64,000 nucleotides of DNA. It comes from Oopsacas minuta. Taxonomy: Eukaryota > Animalia > Porifera. The stretch spans positions 124,001-188,000 of the forward strand of contig JAKMXF010000318.1 in the NCBI GenBank assembly GCA_024704765.1, read 5' to 3'. The translations under genes and the position numbers were made by a program. Positions 57,889 through 64,000 of this stretch are shown here, one piece after another. Below the pieces are notes generated by a model. It saw nothing but the letters and a program-made list of their open reading frames with translations. It had not been told where the DNA came from and did no database searches. Positions within the stretch are counted from its first letter, which is position 1; each line of letters begins with the position of its first letter.

Positions 57889-58335
57889 TATTCCTACTAT
57901 TTGATAATAAACTAGATACACTTTTCATATGTACTTTAAATATACATTGAGTTGGACCGAAATCAGTCAAGTACTCAATCCCATCTGTTAGGATTCGTTA
58001 GCCTACGTTACTTATCTTTGTCGCAACAAACAAATATACCAAATTACTTCAATAAATTCAAACTTTATTCTATTGTTTGCTCTATTAGTATTCTTAACTG
58101 GCTTTACTATATGTACAACTGTTATGTGTCTAATGACTAATTTTAGATACTTTTCACTGTTGTTATCAGCTGTTGCTAAACATCTCAATCTTATTCTGAA
58201 ACGTAAGTTCGTGTATTATTTTAGTTCTATTTTGAGTGTTTTATTTATCAAATTTATCCTTCATCAACTTGTTTATCGTATCTTAAGCTACAGCGGAAGC
58301 GGTTACCCTAGAAAAGGCAAAACGTGGCTATCATA

Positions 58336-58477
58336 CAGTGGATGCCGGTTATAAGAACATACCGGATATAAGTACCGTCCTCTGTAAAACAGTTCTTATT
58401 TATTTCTGTATATTTTATATCGGGTATAAGGACATGTATTGCTACTCCCAAGGGGTTCTTACAACCAGCATCCACTG
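58336..58477. mobile_element. pogo/Tigger-like MITE (family D), single copy in the window
   Basis: A 23-bp TIR pair: TA-CAGTGGATGCCGGTTATAAGAAC ... GTTCTTACAACCAGCATCCACTG (2 mismatches). Confidence 0.7.
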
Positions 58478-59110
58478 GATTGAGAAATAAGATAATATAA
58501 ACCTGATAGGTTGTAAGTGTCCAATACAAACTGATTTCAGTGTTGTATTTGTAATTTAATTAATAAATCAAGCTAACTAGTAATCTATTGAACTCTAAAA
58601 ATGATCAAACATTATTTCCCTTCTAATATCAATTGAGATATCGTAGAGATGATAACAATTCTTTCTAAACACATTTGTAAAGAAGTTTGTTTATATTCTT
58701 GCTAGTTTTCTCTAAAATTATTTCTAAAGGCTTTTCTGCACCTGGAGGGCTATCCTTGATTGAACTGGAATGCAATCAAGAGCTTTCTGAATCACAAAAG
58801 TATCTGATTGATATTCTCAAATCAAACAAACGGATCTGAAGTTAAATTCAACCATTACCATATATGGTCCGTGTCATATGATTTATACACAACTGTTTTG
58901 TACAATTTATTATTTACCTTTCATATTTTGCTTTTTCACAATAATATTGATTACCAGTGAATAATTAAAATATTGAATAAATGAAAATTTCTATTTTATT
59001 TGGGAATAAATGTAGATCGAATAATTAGCAGCTTGTAAAATAAATAACACATCTCAATGTATTGATTCGGGCATAGATTAGTAACACTCAAATCCGCAAT
59101 ATTTTTAACG

Positions 59111-60785
59111 TTATAGATCTTGATTATAGGTTCGACCGTTTGTAGAGGTATATTGGAGGGGTGGGGATGGTGATAATAAGCGGCTATCCCAATCACTCGT
59201 TGGAGGAGATTCTAATGAATGATCTGGAATAGGCGACACTTCTTCTCCAGGCTTTGAGGTGATAAAATCAGAATCTTTGAGGTCGAGTTTAGGAGAGGGT
59301 GTATCTGAATCTGTCCTCTCTGTTGGCTTAGAAGGACACTCTGGTTCCTCCACTACAGCTTTAATAGACACATGGTGGAAACCGTTTGAATCTGTCAATT
59401 TGTTTGAATCAGCTCTTTGCCCTATAAATTTTAGATGTACAGTCAACTCCAGTTATATCGAAGTCTCAAATTGTACTAATATGGTAATAATTTGATCGAT
59501 TATATCGCAGGAATTTACTGCATTTACTTAAAGCCTAAGATCTCACATACCTCCATAATGAATGACGTCATCTGTATTTAATTTTCCCTGTTTCTCCAGT
59601 TCCTCTAATGTTCTCAATTCCTCGATTAGTTCAGCTTCACACTGACTTAATCTAGCTGGATCTAAGGCAGTATACGGCGTGCCTACAAACTGACGTAGAT
59701 GTATCTCTAGATAGAGGTTAACTTCACTACTACGACTTAGATAAGGGAAGTTACCGCCTGTCTTAAGATGAGCACGTTTTGCATGTGGATAACACTTGTA
59801 CATATCATCCTTTACTCCTTGTGTTAGCGCGCACTCATCGAAAACATCCATTATTGTTACACGAATGTTTTTCAAGTTTTGTGGCTCGACATAACTTTCT
59901 GAGCAATTCAACGTAAGCCTTGATGCTAATTCAGATCTAATAGAATATACATACATATTAATTTGTGTTACAGCTTGCAGTCACTACTATGAATACTAAA
60001 ATTGCTAGCAATCCAACAATATTGAAAATATATGTAAATTATCTAAATACGCAGAAAATTAATGAGCTTTAGTTTATATTGCAAATGGGCCAAATGGAAA
60101 TTCCTATAGGATTATTTTATAATGCATTTACAACATTGCAAAAGATTGTTCGTAAACAAATTAGCTAATTAAGTTAGATAAGATATATTCGTAGATATAC
60201 ACACCTGCTTAGTGAATCGAGTCTTTCCACCATAAAATCTGTGGCTTCGGCTACTCTACCTTCCAGTCCATCAGATGGCAAATGCTGCAATAATGTCCTT
60301 CTAAGCATAAATGCGGGTAATGTCCAATATATTCCTGAGAGAGAATTCTGTCTGAAAACGGAAGTATCGTGGAAAGAATTGCAGAGAAATACTGAATGGA
60401 CTAGTTTAGAATGTTTTGATCGTTCTACAAACTTCTGAGCTAAATATCCACCTAAACTAGCGCCGAATAAATGCACTTTACTCAATCCCAGCTGATCGAT
60501 AAGTCTAGTCAACCCTTTCATAAAATCCTCCAAGGTCCAATACACAGGATAACTCAGTGTAATTATCCTATAGCCACGTGTAGATAGACCTATTATCTGT
60601 TTGAAAAATGCATCACCTGTTCCAATAGCAGGTGGGAGACAAAGTAACGGACACATTATGTTCTTAGGCCCTGCATCGTACAGTGTCCAAACTTCGTTAT
60701 CAACGTCAACCACTATTTTCTGCTGGGATATAAGTGCGCGAAATTTTATATAATCTTCTTCCATTCTTGCGGAGTGCTCAGCCAT
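59111..60785 (-). CDS. SPG21: Maspardin (alpha/beta-hydrolase fold) with a Ser/Pro/acidic C-terminal extension (3 exons, 425 aa)
   Basis: Exons 60785-60205, 59936-59551, 59421-59111 sum to 1,278 nt. Motifs: [65 protein letters not shown]. Confidence 0.9.
59440..59520. mobile_element. MITE family A short copy in SPG21 intron 2
   Basis: TA-CAGTCAACTCCAGTTATATCGAAG..., with a decayed right end (TATATCGCAGGAATTTACTG). Confidence 0.7.
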
Positions 60786-61156
60786 TTAATCTAATGCAGC
60801 AATTTCTATTATCAAAACACACATGTAGTATTATTCATAGAAGAAGTATTACACGAAAATTGTAGCTAAAATCTACTAATTTGGATATGATTATTAAGAG
60901 AAATTTTATGATTAAAATTATCTTAGATAATTGTGAATTTATCAGTATGAAAATGGCTTTTTATGGAAATATTATCTTGTTGCAATTCAATGTGTTAATA
61001 CCCGCATAACACGTGGCTAATTGTTATGTATCACTATGATAAATATTAGTGGTAATTCATAAAATAAATAATTCTTAAATAAACACTCATCTTAAGTGAT
61101 AAAATAATCAAACTCTAAGTGACATTTGTCTGTAAGAGAATTCGTTTGTATTATGG

Positions 61157-63879
61157 TTAATGCGAATTTTGCCTGAATTCTTTGTTGTATAAAACTAGTC
61201 CACGTAAGATCAGGTAAATATCTCCCTAAACAGAAAAATCGTGAAATTTTTGGATAAGAAATTTTGTAAATATAGCTTACGATAGAAGTGATAATTTTCG
61301 GCCTTTCAGAACATAGAGTCCTACAACATTGCAGGAGATCGAAAGAATCTTCATTATCAAGATTATCCATACCGATTGAAATCGCAGTGAAAATGCCGCA
61401 GAAATTAGTCCCTAGCCTAAGAGAATAAGTTTTAAATGCGAAATTTGTATTCAATAAACTGTGAATTTTCGCATACTTATCGTATAGTAATATAGGATGT
61501 CTTGATCTATGAGCAGTAATTGTCATTTGTTGAGATTTATAAATACTCCTGGTGTGGTTAATAAATGAAATTAGTTCTTTTAATCCTTTCGGGTTCTTCT
61601 TGACACTATCAGACATCTGAGAGTAGTTGGATAGCAACGATTTGTTGAAATGGAATGTATAATGAGTAACTTTATATTCCTTACCCTATAATCGTGATAT
61701 AGATATATATTGATATAAATCACCAACGGGCGGTCAAAATTTGTTCGTCTTATCCGAAATTCGCATTTACGAAGTTCCAGACAGTACAAGCATTACCTTC
61801 CCCCATCTAAGAATTAGCTTCCTTTCTTCCAAGCACTTATCATCATTAATAATACAATCTATACACTCAATTTTGATGAAGTTGAACTCTAACTCTGTAC
61901 CGATATCATTCGGCAGGTATGTCTACAGTAATAGAGATTTATACCTAATAATTTCGAGTAGGGATTTTTAAAATTTTAAAGCAATTAGTTTATCACTGTA
62001 GTTAAAGGAATTTACAATATAAAGCTAGTAGACAAATCTCACTTGATCAGAAATGCTGTCTCCCGAATCGATACTGAAAGCTGAGCCATTTGGTATGAGA
62101 TCTTCTTGGAATCTCGTGATTTGTATATTTATGATACATGGACAGTTTTGTTGAAGCAGGAGTGACCAGAAATCAAACATCGTAGTTGATAACGGTTCTT
62201 GTGTAACAATAAAGTTATTCTCAAGCCAGTATCCCTATAACAAAATGAAAATGATTGCAGATGTAGTTCGTGTATTTAATGAATTGTAGATTGTACAATT
62301 GTGCAAGCCAATTATTGCATGATTTTGAAAGTTCTTTTACATCATAGAAGGAGTATACTCCAGCTTTTGGATTCAACACAGAGAATTAAAGGAGCGCTGA
62401 ACGAGAGCGCGTTCCAAGAAATGAAGAGAGCTTAATGCCCTGATTCAACACTGAAAGTAATTTGACGATCAAATAATTTATGGCTATTAATGCGGTAACA
62501 TATACTTATACTCATTTATTGAAATTCGATCAAATCCAACCCCCACAGGCTTACTTCTTTATAATTATGATTAATATTAAGCAATATTATAAATGTTAAT
62601 AATCAGGCTAACCTGCACAAAACTAGCATTGATATATGAATCTTTAACTGAAACATCAAAGTAGCCTTTTTCGGGTTTATATTGTAGTAATGGAACACAT
62701 GTTCGCTGGTCTAGGTAAGGAAATTGAATTGATAAATGTGGTAGTCAATAATTCGTCTATTTAAGAATCATCCAACAATTATAATAAAGTCCCAACTTAC
62801 AAGGAATGACTGTACAATCACGATTTTTCACAGAATTAGCTTGTTCGCCAGCAGTTGGGTGGATATATAAATTCTGTGTTTCAGGTAATTTCTAAAATTG
62901 AAAGTAATTGTAGCCATTTCTATTCCAAAAAACTGCTATTTAGTGAAAAGCTCTTATACAAATTAGTATATTTAACATGATTGTGCTATATTGGATTGCA
63001 AGCGTAAGTAGCAGTCCCTATCTTGGCATTAATAACGCAAAGATTGTCAAATATATCGATTGTACATAAATGTAAATAGTGGTTTTGGAAAAACACTTTG
63101 TTTTCAATTCTCTATGAATTAACAGTTACTTAACGTATAACATGTACACAATATTAGTATATAAGCAAGTGTTACCGGTAAATGATTAAATAAATAAAAA
63201 TACAAAACAAATGGCAGCCGAAATTCACGAACATTTCAATGATATTAAATCTGAAAGAATGGAGATAGATTTAAAATTAATATATTGTTTTCAACTCAAT
63301 TTGGAAGAAGTTTTGTTTGAAAATGTTGATTGCGTGAGACGAAAAATGGTAAACAATGGCTTAAGTAGGGAACAAATACTGCAATTGAAAGCATTCAGGA
63401 AGCGAGAAAGAGCAAAACTCCGCCGTAAGGAGGAGTTAAAATGTCTAAACAAAGATCTTAACGACTTACAATCTGAGAGAGATGATTTATTAATGGAAAT
63501 GATAGGACTGAAAGAAGAAATCGTGAAATATCAAAAATGGGAAATAATGACCTTTATAGAAGAACTGAATGATCCTACCTCGTACCAAGAAAATTACTTG
63601 TAATTCTGAAATTCTGAATGCAAACGCGGCAAGTAGCAAGTCAATTAATAGCATCCTCGCTTTTTCACGGATACAGTTAACTTGTAATTATTTGCATAAA
63701 ATTTTTTGCTATAATAGCTCAATTAAATTACAATTGCATATTACCGTAGCTAGCTGTTCTAATAGTTGATTATCAGCAGCATATTGAATGCATTTAGACT
63801 CTAAATCTTTAGCTGAAATAACTGTAATTCCACAGAGATAAGCCTCGACAAGAGCATCATGTAGGAATATATATTGTGC
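61157..63879 (-). CDS. 3' part of a tandem-domain receptor-type PTP (end of D1 plus a divergent D2); the 5' part probably lies beyond the window
   Basis: Exon 63879-63745 reads AQYIFLHDALVEAYLCG (end of D1). Exon 62891-62801 reads NSVKNRDCTVIP. Following exons give SYINASFVQ|GYWLENNFIVTQEPLSTTMFDFW, then a degenerate P-loop HPILLYD.LGTNFCGIF. The predicted stop is at 61157-61159. Confidence 0.8.
63211..63603 (+). CDS. Intronless small Maf-like bZIP protein (130 aa) nested antisense in an intron of the receptor PTP
   Basis: GLSREQILQLKAFRKR resembles the Maf extended homology region (GLSKEEVIRLKQRRR). It is followed by a leucine heptad, LNKDLNDLQSERDDLLMEMIGLKEEI. Confidence 0.6.
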   Translation: MAAEIHEHFNDIKSERMEIDLKLIYCFQLNLEEVLFENVDCVRRKMVNNGLSREQILQLKAFRKRERAKLRRKEELKCLNKDLNDLQSERDDLLMEMIGLKEEIVKYQKWEIMTFIEELNDPTSYQENYL

Positions 63880-64000
63880 CTAAGATATATGTACAAGAAT
63901 TATTAAGTTGGAATGAAATGCTAAAATGCACAAAAATGTGAAAATCGATCTTTTAACCGAAATAATTGGAATTTAGAATTGGATTATTTGTGTACAAGAT

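Noticed and set aside
57952-58840. Possible small + strand spliced gene head-to-head with WDR47 (fragments YFSLLLSAVAKHLNLILK and GFSAPGGLSLIELECNQ...KRI*)
   Set aside because: Some splice-like boundaries exist, but part of the apparent coding sequence is the family D MITE. I found no start codon, complete model or homology.
61300-61520. Loss of the catalytic Cys in the second PTP domain as a novelty
   Set aside because: Inactive D2 domains are normal for tandem-domain receptor PTPs.
1-64000. tRNA, rRNA or autonomous transposase/reverse-transcriptase genes
   Set aside because: None were recognised by eye. A tRNAscan/Infernal run would be needed to exclude them formally.

Overview
This is an AT-rich, very gene-dense eukaryotic (animal) window with short GT-AG introns, mostly 50-110 nt. 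A cadherin carrying cohesin domains and the compact gene layout suggest an early-branching metazoan, most likely a sponge and possibly a hexactinellid; this is inference and was not tested. I assembled about 13 genes by hand from splice signals and protein motifs. On the + strand, in order: the 3' end of a PDP-type PP2C phosphatase; a giant (~8,290 aa) single-pass receptor; FEM1-like; an intronless EGF-rich adhesion GPCR; a Reeler-EGF-5xLamG EYS-like secreted protein; HHIP-like with a probable C-terminal NTR domain; METTL1; a probably inactive PI-PLC X protein; and R3HDM4-like. The giant receptor joins a near-complete fibrocystin-L (PKHD1L1) ectodomain to ~20-22 cadherin repeats, cohesin/TMEM132-like modules and a dockerin, and it carries one apparent 1-nt frameshift at ~20430. 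On the - strand: WDR47, maspardin (SPG21) and the 3' part of a two-domain receptor PTP. Two genes are nested antisense inside introns: a membrane-anchored PTP with WPE/KNRF motifs inside the EYS-like gene, and a Maf-like bZIP with a shortened basic region inside the receptor PTP. At least four short non-autonomous DNA-transposon (MITE) families and a candidate structured intronic RNA are also present. The most notable items are the fibrocystin-cadherin-cohesin-dockerin giant and the tightly packed co-oriented gene train with acceptor-like sites just upstream of most start codons, which may reflect trans-splicing or operon-like organisation. All domain calls come from reading motifs by eye; no database search was run.
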